A stretch of 64,000 bases of DNA, from the NCBI GenBank assembly GCA_965219685.1, contig CBDCOH010000002.1:32001-96000 (forward strand). Direction: 5' to 3'. A program made the position numbers and the translations under genes. Below are positions 39,133 through 48,747 of the stretch, in pieces; position 1 is the first letter of the stretch, and each line of letters opens with the position of its first letter. The notes beneath the pieces are model-generated. The model ran no database searches. It worked only from the letters and a program-made list of their open reading frames with translations, and was not told the DNA's origin. This stretch comes from Candidatus Spongiisociaceae bacterium. Lineage in GTDB: Bacteria > Actinomycetota > Acidimicrobiia > Spongiisociales > Spongiisociaceae.

Positions 39133-40401
39133 ATGAATATGACCGAGCGTTCGCCCGAATTTCCGGTCGCCACCACGCCTGCTCCGGGTGTCATGGGAGT
39201 GGACTGGGAGCAACGGGTCGACTTCGACCGGCTGCGCAGTTACCGGCTGGCGCGGGCACGACAGGCCCTGGAAGAGTCGGATCTCGGTGCGCTGCTGGTG
39301 TTCGACACCGCCAACATCCGGTACCTGACCGCCACCCACATCGGGTACTGGGCCTTCAACAAGATGGAACGGTGGGCTCTGCTGACCAGGACCGGGGAGC
39401 CGTGGATATGGGACTTCGGGTCTGCCGCACGCGTCCACAAGATGCAGGCGCCCTGGCTCGTGCCCGAGCAGTCGGTGGGGGGCAACACCGGCCTGGCCGG
39501 ATCTATCGGCCCCGAGACCGGTCTGGTGACCAGGGCGGTCCGCGAGATCAGGGACGTCCTGCACGACGAGGGGGTGGCCGGGATGCCCGTCGGCGTCGAC
39601 ATGGCCGAGGCCGAGATGTTCCTCGAGCTGGCCCGGGCCGGGATCGAGGTGCGCAACGGGCAGCAGACCATGCTTGCGGCTCGCGAGATCAAGAGCCAGG
39701 ACGAGATCGTCCTCCTGACCCAGGCATCGGCGATGGTGGACGGCGTCTACCAGGACATCTTCGAGGCCCTCAAGCCGGGCGTGAGGGAGTCCGACATCGT
39801 GGCTCTCGCCAACAAGAAGCTGTACGAGATGGGCTCGGAGCACGTGGAGGCCATCAACTCGATCGCGGGGGAGCGGTGCAGCCCTCACCCGCATGTCTTC
39901 TCGGACCGCCTCATCCGTCCCGGCGACACCGCCTACTTCGACATCATCCAGGCGCACAACGGCTACCGGACCTGCTATTACCGGACGTTCGTGGTGGGCA
40001 GGGCCACCCAGGCGCAGCGCGACGCCTACAAGAGAGCCCGCGAGTGGATCGACGCCGCCATCGCCCTGGTAAAGCCCGGAACGACCACCGACGAGATCGC
40101 CCGGGTGTGGCCGGAGGCCGAGCAGTTCGGCTTCCCCGACGAGATGGAGGCCTTCGGTCTCCAGTTCGGTCACGGGGTCGGTCTGGCGGTCCACGAGAGG
40201 CCGGTGATCAGCCGGCTCAACTCCATCGACACCCCGATCGAGCTGAAGGAGGGCATGTTCTTCGCCCTGGAGACCTTCTGCCCGGCGGATGACGGCCGTT
40301 CCGCCGCCCGGATCGAGGAACAGGTGGTCTGCTCGGCGGAGGGTCCCAAGGTCGTGACCCTCTTCCCGGCCGAGGAGCTGATGGTCGCCAATGAGTACTG
40401 A
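39133..40401 (+). CDS. M24 (Xaa-Pro peptidase/creatinase) family protein
   Basis: NIRYLT, REIKSQDEI, GHGVG..HERP, FALET, ARIEE. Confidence 0.9.
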   Translation: MNMTERSPEFPVATTPAPGVMGVDWEQRVDFDRLRSYRLARARQALEESDLGALLVFDTANIRYLTATHIGYWAFNKMERWALLTRTGEPWIWDFGSAARVHKMQAPWLVPEQSVGGNTGLAGSIGPETGLVTRAVREIRDVLHDEGVAGMPVGVDMAEAEMFLELARAGIEVRNGQQTMLAAREIKSQDEIVLLTQASAMVDGVYQDIFEALKPGVRESDIVALANKKLYEMGSEHVEAINSIAGERCSPHPHVFSDRLIRPGDTAYFDIIQAHNGYRTCYYRTFVVGRATQAQRDAYKRAREWIDAAIALVKPGTTTDEIARVWPEAEQFGFPDEMEAFGLQFGHGVGLAVHERPVISRLNSIDTPIELKEGMFFALETFCPADDGRSAARIEEQVVCSAEGPKVVTLFPAEELMVANEY

Positions 40402-41404
40402 GATGCTGACCGCTGCCGATGCGGTGGCCGCCATGGACGATCGGCTCCGCGTGTACCGGCTGATGCTGGAGGCCCGCCTATTCGAGGAGTACGCCTACCA
40501 GATGTTCCTGGAGGGTCTGGTCAAGGGCACTTCCCACCTGGCGACCGGGCAGGAGGCGATCGCAGCCGGTTTCGCGGCCGCCATGCGCCCGTCCGACCTC
40601 ACCTTCTGCACCTACCGGGGTCACATCCACACCCTGCTGAGGGGAACGCCGCCCGGTCCTCTCATGGCGGAGTTGCTCGGCCGCGCCACGGGAGTTTGCG
40701 GCGGCAAGGGGGGTTCCATGCACCTCACCTGGGCGCCGGCCGGGGCCATGGGCTCCTACGCCATCGTCGGAGCCCACCTCCCGATCGCCGCAGGTGCTGC
40801 CTGGGCAGCGATGGAGCGGGGCACCGGGCAGGTCTCGGTCTGCTTCTTCGGTGACGGCGCCACCAACATCGGCGCCTTCCACGAGGCGCTGAACATGGCG
40901 GTGGTCTGGAATCTTCCGGTGGTGTTCGTCTGCGAGAACAACCAGTACATGGAGTACACCCCGATCGGGTCGGTCACCGCGGTACCGCGCCCCGCCGCGG
41001 ACAGGGCGTCGGCCTACGGGCTCGACGCGATCGTCGTGGACGGCAACGATCCCGACGAGATGCTCGGCATCGCCCGCAGTTCTCTCGGAAAGGCCCGCGG
41101 CGGGGGAGGCCCCAGCCTTATCGAGGCCCTCACCTACCGGCACGGCGGCCACTCCCGCGCCGATCCCGGCACGTACCGCCCGGACGAAGAGGTCGAGAGG
41201 TGGAAGGCGAGGGATCCGATCCCGACCTACAGGGAGAGGCTGGCGGATGCCGGAGTGTCCGAGCAGCAGTTGTCCGGTGTAGAGGATTCCGTCGGGGCGG
41301 CCATGCGCGTCGCGATCGAGGAGGCGAAGGCGGCGCCCGCGCCCTCCCTGGATTCGATATCCACCGACGTTTGGGCGGACGGAGGTTCGCAGTGGCGCAA
41401 CTGA
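40391..41404 (+). CDS. TPP-dependent dehydrogenase E1 alpha subunit (acetoin/pyruvate DH-like)
   Basis: GQEA, GKGGSMH, FGDGA...ENN, TYRHGGHS..D. Confidence 0.93.
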   Translation: MSTEMLTAADAVAAMDDRLRVYRLMLEARLFEEYAYQMFLEGLVKGTSHLATGQEAIAAGFAAAMRPSDLTFCTYRGHIHTLLRGTPPGPLMAELLGRATGVCGGKGGSMHLTWAPAGAMGSYAIVGAHLPIAAGAAWAAMERGTGQVSVCFFGDGATNIGAFHEALNMAVVWNLPVVFVCENNQYMEYTPIGSVTAVPRPAADRASAYGLDAIVVDGNDPDEMLGIARSSLGKARGGGGPSLIEALTYRHGGHSRADPGTYRPDEEVERWKARDPIPTYRERLADAGVSEQQLSGVEDSVGAAMRVAIEEAKAAPAPSLDSISTDVWADGGSQWRN

Positions 41405-42369
41405 TGACCTATCGCGAGGCGGTGGCATACGGGCTCGCCCAGGAGATGGAGCGGGACGAGACGGTCTACCTGATCGGTGAGGACGTGGCTGCGGCCGGTG
41501 GGGTCTTCAAGACCACGCCAGGTCTGCTGGAACGGTTCGGCCCCCGCCGGGTCCGTGACACACCCATCTCCGAGGAGGCCATAGTGGGGGCGACGATGGG
41601 AGCGGCCATGAACGGCCTGCGCCCTGTGGCCGAGATCATGTTTTCCGATTTCCTGGCCACCTGCTGGGACCTGGTGGCCAACCAGATCGCCAAGACCCGC
41701 TACATGACCGACGGCCAGGTGGCGCTGCCGCTGGTGATCAGGACCGCCAACGGAGGCGGGGTGCGCTTCGGTGCCCAGCATTCCCAGAGCCTCGAGAACT
41801 GGGCCATGTCGGTCCCGGGCCTCAAAGTGGTAGCTCCTTCAACCCCGCGCGATGTCGTGGCTCTGATGGCGGCCTCGATCCGCGATCCCGACCCGGTGGT
41901 CTTCTTCGAGCACAAGGCCCTGTTCGCGAACAAGGGCCCGGTCCCGGACGGGGAGGTGGTCGGGCAACTCGGCAAGGCCGTGGTGGTCCGCTCGGGATCC
42001 GACGCCACCATCCTGGCCCTCGCCGCCATGGTGCCCCAAGCCTTGGCCGCTGCCGACGAGTTGTCGAGCCGCGGAATCGAGGCGACGGTGGTGGATGTCC
42101 GCTGCCTGGTGCCACTCGATACCCGGACGATCCTGGAAGCGGTGGCGGGCACAGGGCGTGTGTACACAGTCGAGGAGAACCCGCGCCTGTGTGGCTGGGG
42201 CGCGGAGGTCGTCTCCATCATCGCCGAGGAGGCCTTCTACGACCTGGATGCTCCCATGGTCAGGATCACCACCGACCACATCCCGCTTCCGTCGGCCGAC
42301 ATCCTCGAGGACGCCACCATTCCGTCAGCCGCCCGGATCGTGGAGACGGTCGAGAGGACCATCGACTGA
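41404..42369 (+). CDS. TPP-dependent dehydrogenase E1 beta subunit
   Basis: GEDV, DTPISE, GAQHSQ, FFEHK, VEE. Confidence 0.93.
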   Translation: MTYREAVAYGLAQEMERDETVYLIGEDVAAAGGVFKTTPGLLERFGPRRVRDTPISEEAIVGATMGAAMNGLRPVAEIMFSDFLATCWDLVANQIAKTRYMTDGQVALPLVIRTANGGGVRFGAQHSQSLENWAMSVPGLKVVAPSTPRDVVALMAASIRDPDPVVFFEHKALFANKGPVPDGEVVGQLGKAVVVRSGSDATILALAAMVPQALAAADELSSRGIEATVVDVRCLVPLDTRTILEAVAGTGRVYTVEENPRLCGWGAEVVSIIAEEAFYDLDAPMVRITTDHIPLPSADILEDATIPSAARIVETVERTID

Positions 42370-42476
42370 TGCGGGCCGTCGACGACACCTCCTCCGATTC
42401 CCTCTAGCGGTGTCGCCGGGCTCCCGGGAATGGTGGCGGTGAATCGCCAGGGCCACCCGGGTAAAGGCAAGGATTC

Positions 42477-43196
42477 CTAAAGGTCTAGGCCTCTATCACC
42501 TGTTGCACCGCGACCTCTACGTGCCCTTCGGGCTGCGCGTTGGCGGCGGAGCGCGGCCACATCGGCGCGGTCCTGGTCGCGTCCGGCCGCCAACTTGTTG
42601 CGCTCCAGATCTGCATAGCCGATGAAGGGGACCGACAGATCATCCAACCGGCCGACAACTCGCCTCTCCCAGCATGATTCGAACGCGACCCCCGATAGGC
42701 GGGTCAGTATGTCGATCCGGTTCGGGGGATGACCCAACTGGACGATGTCACCCTCAGTAGCAAAGTCCGCTTGTGTGAGCCCTACGGATCCGAAGCCGAA
42801 TTCGTCTAGGACCCGAACCATCCGGGCTGCATTCTCGGGATCGATCCAGATCCATACATCCAGGTCTTTTGTCAAGCGGGGATGGCCGTGGGCGCCGACC
42901 GCGTGTCCTCCGACCACCAGGAAACGCAGTTCGTGACGAACACACAGCGAAAGGAAGTCATACAAGTCCGTGCCCAACGACATCTCACCGTCTCCGGAAG
43001 CGGGTGGCGCGCCGAAGTAGGCCCGTTGTAACTCCCAGATGTGAGCGATTCGCTCGCTTAGCTTCCTTGATAACCAGAAGCCGTCATCGGGATCCGGCTC
43101 TCCCATCCGGAGAATCCTGGCTACCGGCTCGATCCGGCCCCAGCCGACCAGGGTGGTCGCTGGCACCGTGGGCCGACGCGCGGGCCTTTCGGTCAT
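42477..43196 (-). CDS. Minimal nucleotidyltransferase (DUF6036-like) with in-frame N-terminal small-partner-like domain
   Basis: VVGGHAV..HGHPRLTKDLD, RIDIL, NKLAAGRDQDRAD; NTase domain starts at ATG 42983. Confidence 0.8.
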   Translation of the reverse strand: MTERPARRPTVPATTLVGWGRIEPVARILRMGEPDPDDGFWLSRKLSERIAHIWELQRAYFGAPPASGDGEMSLGTDLYDFLSLCVRHELRFLVVGGHAVGAHGHPRLTKDLDVWIWIDPENAARMVRVLDEFGFGSVGLTQADFATEGDIVQLGHPPNRIDILTRLSGVAFESCWERRVVGRLDDLSVPFIGYADLERNKLAAGRDQDRADVAALRRQRAARRARRGRGATGDRGLDL

Positions 43197-43394
43197 GGGG
43201 AACACGGTAGCAAGTGGGCGGAGATAGGCTGGCCGATCGCCGCCTCCTCTCGCTTCGGAACGACCCGCGGCGCTCCTCCATGCGCCACGGGAGGCCGGAC
43301 GCTGGGCTCCAACGGCCTACAATCGACTTGAGAACCGGGGCTGAGGCCGGAAACGAAGCAGCTAGCAGGAAGGGCAGCAGGTGAGCACGATCCG

Positions 43395-44297
43395 ATGAGC
43401 GATACAGGCGACATGCGGGTTGGCTTCATCGGCCTGGGCAGGATGGGATATCCCATGGCGTCCAACATCGCGGCGGCCGGGTTCCCCTTGACGGTATGGA
43501 ACCGGACGGTGGCCAAGGCGGCGGCTCTGGCTACCGAGACGGGCGCGACGGTGGCATTGTCGCCGGCGGATCTGGCACGCGGGGTGGACGTCGTGATCAC
43601 CATGGTGGCCGACGGCGAGGTCCTGGCCGACCTCTACATGGGATCCGGTGCGATGTGCGGGTCGCTCGCCGCCGGGACGCTCTGCGTGGATATGAGCACG
43701 GTGAGCCCCGCGGAGTCGCGCCAGGTGGCCGGGGCCGTCGAGGCTGCGGGCGGGAGGTTCGTGGATGCGCCGGTCTCGGGCAGCACCGCCATAGCCACCG
43801 CAGGGACCCTCACCATCATGGCGGGGGGCCGGCCCGGTGACGTGGAGGCCCTGGCCCCGGTATTCGAGGCGATGGGTTCCCGGGTTTACCACATGGGTCC
43901 GGTGGGTTCCGGCGCCACGATCAAGCTGGCGGTCAACTCGATCGTCTACGGCCTCGGGCAGGCGGTCGCCGAGGCGCTGGTGCTGGCCGAGGCGTCCGGC
44001 ATCGGGCGCGAGACCGCGTACGAGGTGTTCGCCAACAGCGCCATCGCCGCTCCCTTCGTCCACTACCGCCGGGAGGCCTTCCTGAAGCCGGGCGAGGTTC
44101 CCGTGGCCTTCCGGATGGTGCTCGCCAGAAAGGATCTCGACCTGGCGCTCGATCTGGCGGAGTCGGCGGGCGCCTCCATGCCCCAGGCGGTCCTCAACCG
44201 TTCCGAGTTGGACGATGCCATCGGCGCCGGGTTCGGCGACCATGACATGTCGGCGGTGGCGGAGCACCTGCGGTCCGCCCTCGCCGAATCCGGCTAG
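43395..44297 (+). CDS. NAD(P)-dependent oxidoreductase, 3-hydroxyisobutyrate dehydrogenase family
   Basis: GLGRMG, DMST, DAPVSG, IKLAVN, KDL. Confidence 0.92.
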   Translation: MSDTGDMRVGFIGLGRMGYPMASNIAAAGFPLTVWNRTVAKAAALATETGATVALSPADLARGVDVVITMVADGEVLADLYMGSGAMCGSLAAGTLCVDMSTVSPAESRQVAGAVEAAGGRFVDAPVSGSTAIATAGTLTIMAGGRPGDVEALAPVFEAMGSRVYHMGPVGSGATIKLAVNSIVYGLGQAVAEALVLAEASGIGRETAYEVFANSAIAAPFVHYRREAFLKPGEVPVAFRMVLARKDLDLALDLAESAGASMPQAVLNRSELDDAIGAGFGDHDMSAVAEHLRSALAESG

Positions 44298-44431
44298 AAC
44301 GGCGCCGGGCTGACGTGCACCACCTGTTCACGTTAGGATTCCCCAAGCTATCCGCACGATCGCGGCGTCCGGAGCAGGGATGCTGCGTGGTCGGATAGCG
44401 GAGCGGTAGCCGACCGAAGGGAACGGAGAAC

Positions 44432-45484
44432 ATGAGACGTAAGCAGAAGTGGGCCGTACTCGTCGCCCTGATGGCGCTGGCCCTCGTAGCATCGAGTTGC
44501 GCCAGCGAGGATGACGGAAGCACCGAAGGTGGCACGATCGTTGCCTTCATCCCGACCACGACCAACACATACATCGCCGAGTGGGGCCGCGGCGCCCAGG
44601 AGGCGGCGGCCGAACTGGGTTACAACCTGATCATCATCGAGAACAACTTCGACCAGGCCGAACAGGACACCCAGGTACAGCAGCAGCTTGGCGCCGGCGA
44701 CGACGACGTGGTCGCGTACGCCTGGTGGCCGTCGGACAACGAGGCCGGGGTGGCATCCCTGCGGGCCCTGTCGGACACCGGAATCCCGGTCATCCAGACC
44801 AACCAGTTGCCCTTCTCCGGGTCGGAGAACTTTGTGGTCGGCTACGCGGGCGTGAACGACAAGCTCAACGGCGAGGTGGCGGCCAACCTGCTGATCGAAG
44901 CCAGGGACTACATGGTGGCCAACGGCATGGAGCTCCACGGCGCCGGCGGGCATGCAATCGTGATCGGGTTCGTCGCCGGTTACCAGGCCGGCATCGACCG
45001 CTCGGGCGCCGCTCTCCCGATCCTGGCCCGCGCCAGCATCGCCGTGCTCGGCGAGGTGGACGTCGGCTTCGGGCCGGCCGAGGGGTACGACGGCACCAAG
45101 CAGTTGATCGCTGCCCACCGCAACACCGGGATCGACTTGGTCTACGCCCACAACTCGGCCCTGGCCGAAGGCGTCATCCAGGCTCTCGAGGAGGAGGGCT
45201 ACCACCCGGGCGAGGACGTCATGGTGGTGGGCGGGACCTGCCACGGGAACCTCGACCACCTCCTCGACGGCACGGAGTTCGCGACCGGCCTGCAGGCGGC
45301 CCGGCTCGAAGGGGTGTTCAGCATCAACACGCTCCACGAGTACCTGACCAACGGCAGCCTGGAGTTATTCAACAACTTCATCCCCAACCCGCCGGTGCGT
45401 AGCCCGGTCTACACGCCCGGCTCGAACGAGATCGAGAGCGTGATGATCGAGGGTCTCGGGGTCGCCGACCTCTGCGTCTACTAG
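44432..45484 (+). CDS. Sugar ABC transporter substrate-binding lipoprotein (RbsB-like)
   Basis: Lipobox ASSC, periplasmic-binding-protein pattern, operon context. Confidence 0.85.
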   Translation: MRRKQKWAVLVALMALALVASSCASEDDGSTEGGTIVAFIPTTTNTYIAEWGRGAQEAAAELGYNLIIIENNFDQAEQDTQVQQQLGAGDDDVVAYAWWPSDNEAGVASLRALSDTGIPVIQTNQLPFSGSENFVVGYAGVNDKLNGEVAANLLIEARDYMVANGMELHGAGGHAIVIGFVAGYQAGIDRSGAALPILARASIAVLGEVDVGFGPAEGYDGTKQLIAAHRNTGIDLVYAHNSALAEGVIQALEEEGYHPGEDVMVVGGTCHGNLDHLLDGTEFATGLQAARLEGVFSINTLHEYLTNGSLELFNNFIPNPPVRSPVYTPGSNEIESVMIEGLGVADLCVY

Positions 45485-45646
45485 CGGTCTGTCTGTGAAA
45501 CGACGGCGTGACATGCGCCGGCAGCGGCGTTCCCCGTTGGGTCCGCCGACGGAGACGTACCCGCAGCGGTACGTCGAGGAGGCGGAACGCAGCGAGGGGC
45601 GTCGCCGGCAAGCCGAGCACGCCAAGTCGTTCTACATACAGACAAC
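45481..45646. repeat. About 165-bp nested inverted-repeat (MITE/REP-like) element
   Basis: Imperfect arms 45487-45510 and 45618-45643; central hairpin GACGTACC-N6-GGTACGTC; left end CTAGCGGTCTGT identical to 35589. Confidence 0.55.
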
Positions 45647-45783
45647 CTTCCCCAAAGGATGGGACGGCGGCTCACCCGCCGCCGTCCCACCAGCCACGGC
45701 ATCGGGACACCGGTCGGCGGCGACCACCCGTCCGTGTCACCGGACGAGAAAGGCGGGAGTGACGGCATGATCGGCAGCAGGGC

Positions 45784-46254
45784 ATGACAGCCACCAACCT
45801 GTTCCATATAGGCGTGCTGGTATCCGACATGGACGAGGCCACAGCCCGGTTCTCGGAGGTGCTGGGCCTCACCTTCAAGGACCCGGCAGTCGCGCATGTG
45901 GACCGGTTCGAGCAGAAGTCGCGGGTGGAGACCCTCGACCTTCGCATCACCTGGTCCGTGGAGGGTCCGCCCTACCTGGAGTTGCTGGAGTCTCAGGACA
46001 ACGACGGGCTCTACGGCCGCGCCCAGGAGGGCCTGCACCACATCGGACTGTGGGAGCCCGACCCCGAAGCCCTCGTCGAGCGACTCGTGGGGCTGGGACT
46101 CAGGAACGAGGCGACGCAGTACATGCCCGACGACCGGATCCTGGCGACCTACACGGCGCCCGACGAGCTCTACGGTACGCGGCTTGAGTTCATCGAAGCG
46201 GGCCGCCGGCCCGGCATGGAGGCCTGGCTCGCCGGGAAGGAGTGGCTGGACTGA
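45784..46254 (+). CDS. VOC/glyoxalase family protein
   Basis: FHIGVLV, YLELLE, GLHHIG, RLEFIE. Confidence 0.88.
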   Translation: MTATNLFHIGVLVSDMDEATARFSEVLGLTFKDPAVAHVDRFEQKSRVETLDLRITWSVEGPPYLELLESQDNDGLYGRAQEGLHHIGLWEPDPEALVERLVGLGLRNEATQYMPDDRILATYTAPDELYGTRLEFIEAGRRPGMEAWLAGKEWLD

Positions 46255-46339
46255 GTCCCGCGGCCGGTACGGCGGGTCTCCACCCGTCCGCCGAGGGTCC
46301 GGGCAACACCCGGCCGGCCGCCTGAGCAGGAGACGAGAC

Positions 46340-47242
46340 ATGAACACCAGTTCTGAACCGGTTCCCCGATACGATCTGGCGGCCGGCCACTTCACGATCG
46401 CCGGGTCGCCGGTCGGGGCCGGGTACGGAACCCGGTCGCCCTGGTCGTTCGATACCAGGGTGGGGGCGGCCGCCGCGGCGGGATACAGCTCGATCGGGCT
46501 GGGCGAGGCGGACTACTCCGGCATGCGGGCCGCCGGCGTCACCGACGACGAGTTGCTCGAGGTGCTCGACCGCCATGGGATCTGGGTGTCGGAGATCGAG
46601 TTCCTGTTCGACTGGATGCACGACGACGACGACTCCCGGATACCGGCGGCCATCGCCGAGAACCTCTACCACATGGCGGGGGTTTTCCGCCCCGACCACG
46701 TGAACATGGGAGATGTGCGTTTTCCGCCGGGGCGACCGATGGAGGTGCTGGTGGACCGGTACGGCGCCGTGTGCGACCGGTTGGCGCCTTTCGGGGTCAA
46801 GGCGGCGATAGAGTTCATGCCCTGGACCTCGATCCCGGATCTGGACACGGCATGCGAGATAATCGAACGGGCCGGGCGTGAGAACGCCGGGATCGACCTT
46901 GACACCTGGCACTACTTCCGGGGGCCGTCCGACGCCGAACAGTTGGCCCGGGTCGATCCCGCCCTCATCCTGGCTGTGGCTCTGAACGACGCCGGCCCCC
47001 CACTCGATGACGTGGTGCTGGACACATCCAGGCATCGCCTGCTCCCGGGTGAGGGCATCTTCGATCTGGACGGATTTCTCGGGGCGCTCGCCGAGACCGG
47101 CGCCACCCCGATGATGGGGGTGGAGGTGCTGTCAGACCGCCAGACCGCGATGCACCCCTCCGAAGCGGCGCGGGTCTCGTTCGACGCGGCGAGCGCGGTC
47201 CTGGCCCGGGCGGGTTGGCCGGCAGATTCCGCCCGACCATGA
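46340..47242 (+). CDS. Sugar phosphate isomerase/epimerase (xylose-isomerase-like TIM barrel)
   Basis: IEFMPW, DTWHY, ND, RLLPGEG, VEV. Confidence 0.88.
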   Translation: MNTSSEPVPRYDLAAGHFTIAGSPVGAGYGTRSPWSFDTRVGAAAAAGYSSIGLGEADYSGMRAAGVTDDELLEVLDRHGIWVSEIEFLFDWMHDDDDSRIPAAIAENLYHMAGVFRPDHVNMGDVRFPPGRPMEVLVDRYGAVCDRLAPFGVKAAIEFMPWTSIPDLDTACEIIERAGRENAGIDLDTWHYFRGPSDAEQLARVDPALILAVALNDAGPPLDDVVLDTSRHRLLPGEGIFDLDGFLGALAETGATPMMGVEVLSDRQTAMHPSEAARVSFDAASAVLARAGWPADSARP

Positions 47243-48747
47243 CCGACGGCGCCCCTCTCCTCCATTTGCACGCGGTCTCGAAGTCCTTCGGGTCGATCCG
47301 GGCGCTGGACCGGGTCGACTTCGAGGTGCGCTCCGGGGAGGTCATGGCGCTGGTGGGCGAGAATGGGGCCGGCAAGAGCACACTGGTGAAGATCCTGGCG
47401 GGCATGTACACCCCTGACGAGGGGAGGATCACCCTGGCGGGCGAGTTCGTGGAGTTCAGCGGGGCGACCCGCTCCGAGCAGGCGGGGATCGCGGTTGTCC
47501 AGCAGGAACTCTCGCTGGTGCCGACCCTTTCGATCGCCGACAACGTCTTCCTCGGTGACACCCGGCGCGGGTGGAGGGCCGCCCCGCGGGCTCAGGCCCG
47601 GGCCGCGGCGCCGTTCCTGGACCAGGTGGGTCTGGGGGATCTGGACCCGCTCAGCCGGGTCGAGCGGCTGACCGTCGCCGAGCGTCAACTCATCGAAGTG
47701 GCCCGCCTCCTGGCTCGCGATGCGAGGGTCCTCATCTTCGACGAGCCGACCGCAGCCCTTGCCGATCGCGAGATTGAGCGGGTGAAGGCCGTGGTGCGCG
47801 CCCTCCAGTATCAGGGCCGCTCGGTCATCTACGTCACGCACCGGCTGGACGAGGTCTTCGATCTGGCCGACCGGGTCACGGTGTTCCGGGACGGGCGCTC
47901 CAACACTCCTGTGGCCACCGCCGACATCACGCTGGACGACTTGATCTCGATGATGCTGGGGGGAAGCCTGGCCGCGCTGTTCCCGGACCGGGGGGAGTCC
48001 CCTCCCGGGGAGGTGGTTCTCGAGGTGAGGGACCTCCTCACCGACCGGCTCGCCGCCCCGGTGGACCTCGATGTGCGGGCGGGCGAGATCGTGGGGCTGG
48101 CCGGCCAGCTGGGCAGCGGGGCCAGCGACACGCTCAGGGCGATCGCGGGCCACGAGCCGCGGGTGTCCGGGGCCGTGACCGTGGCCGGACGGCCCGTGCC
48201 GTCGGACTCTCCGGCCGCCGCCATCCGCAGCGGGGTCGGCTACAGCTCCTCGGACCGCAAGCGCGACGGGATCTTCCTCCAGAGGCCCGTGGTGGAGAAC
48301 CTGACCTCGCCCAGCCTCGGCCGCGTGTCCACCGCCGGCTGGCTGAGCAGGCGCGCCGAGCGGGCGATGAGCGATCGCATCGCCGAGACCTTCACGATCG
48401 ACCGGGCCCGGCTCGGGTCCCTGGCCGGCGCCCTGAGCGGGGGCAACCAGCAGAAGGTGGCGGTCGGCAAGTGGACCGGGTCGAGGCCACGGGTGCTCCT
48501 GGTCGACGAGCCGACCAGGGGGGTGGACGTCGGCGCCCGGGCGGAGATCTACAGCCACCTGCGGGCCATCGCCTCCGACGGCATGGGCATCGTGTTCGCC
48601 TCGTCGGACACCCAGGAAGTGCTGGGCATTGCCGACACCGTGGTCACCTACTTCCGGGGCGCCCAGGTCAGCGTGCGGGACCGGAAGGACACCGACTCGA
48701 GGTTGCTGACCCGTGAGATCACCCATCCTCAGGAGGCCGCCACATGA
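47239..48747 (+). CDS. Sugar ABC transporter ATP-binding protein (RbsA-like, two ABC domains)
   Basis: GENGAGKST, FDEPT, LSGGNQQK, DEPTRGVDVGA. Confidence 0.93.
   Translation: MTDGAPLLHLHAVSKSFGSIRALDRVDFEVRSGEVMALVGENGAGKSTLVKILAGMYTPDEGRITLAGEFVEFSGATRSEQAGIAVVQQELSLVPTLSIADNVFLGDTRRGWRAAPRAQARAAAPFLDQVGLGDLDPLSRVERLTVAERQLIEVARLLARDARVLIFDEPTAALADREIERVKAVVRALQYQGRSVIYVTHRLDEVFDLADRVTVFRDGRSNTPVATADITLDDLISMMLGGSLAALFPDRGESPPGEVVLEVRDLLTDRLAAPVDLDVRAGEIVGLAGQLGSGASDTLRAIAGHEPRVSGAVTVAGRPVPSDSPAAAIRSGVGYSSSDRKRDGIFLQRPVVENLTSPSLGRVSTAGWLSRRAERAMSDRIAETFTIDRARLGSLAGALSGGNQQKVAVGKWTGSRPRVLLVDEPTRGVDVGARAEIYSHLRAIASDGMGIVFASSDTQEVLGIADTVVTYFRGAQVSVRDRKDTDSRLLTREITHPQEAAT

Noticed and set aside
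39058-40434. Long antisense or alternative-frame ORFs (39058-40434, 37145-39040, 46912-48726, 8242-9594 and many others)
   Set aside because: Shadow ORFs of well-supported genes in high-GC DNA; no recognisable motifs.
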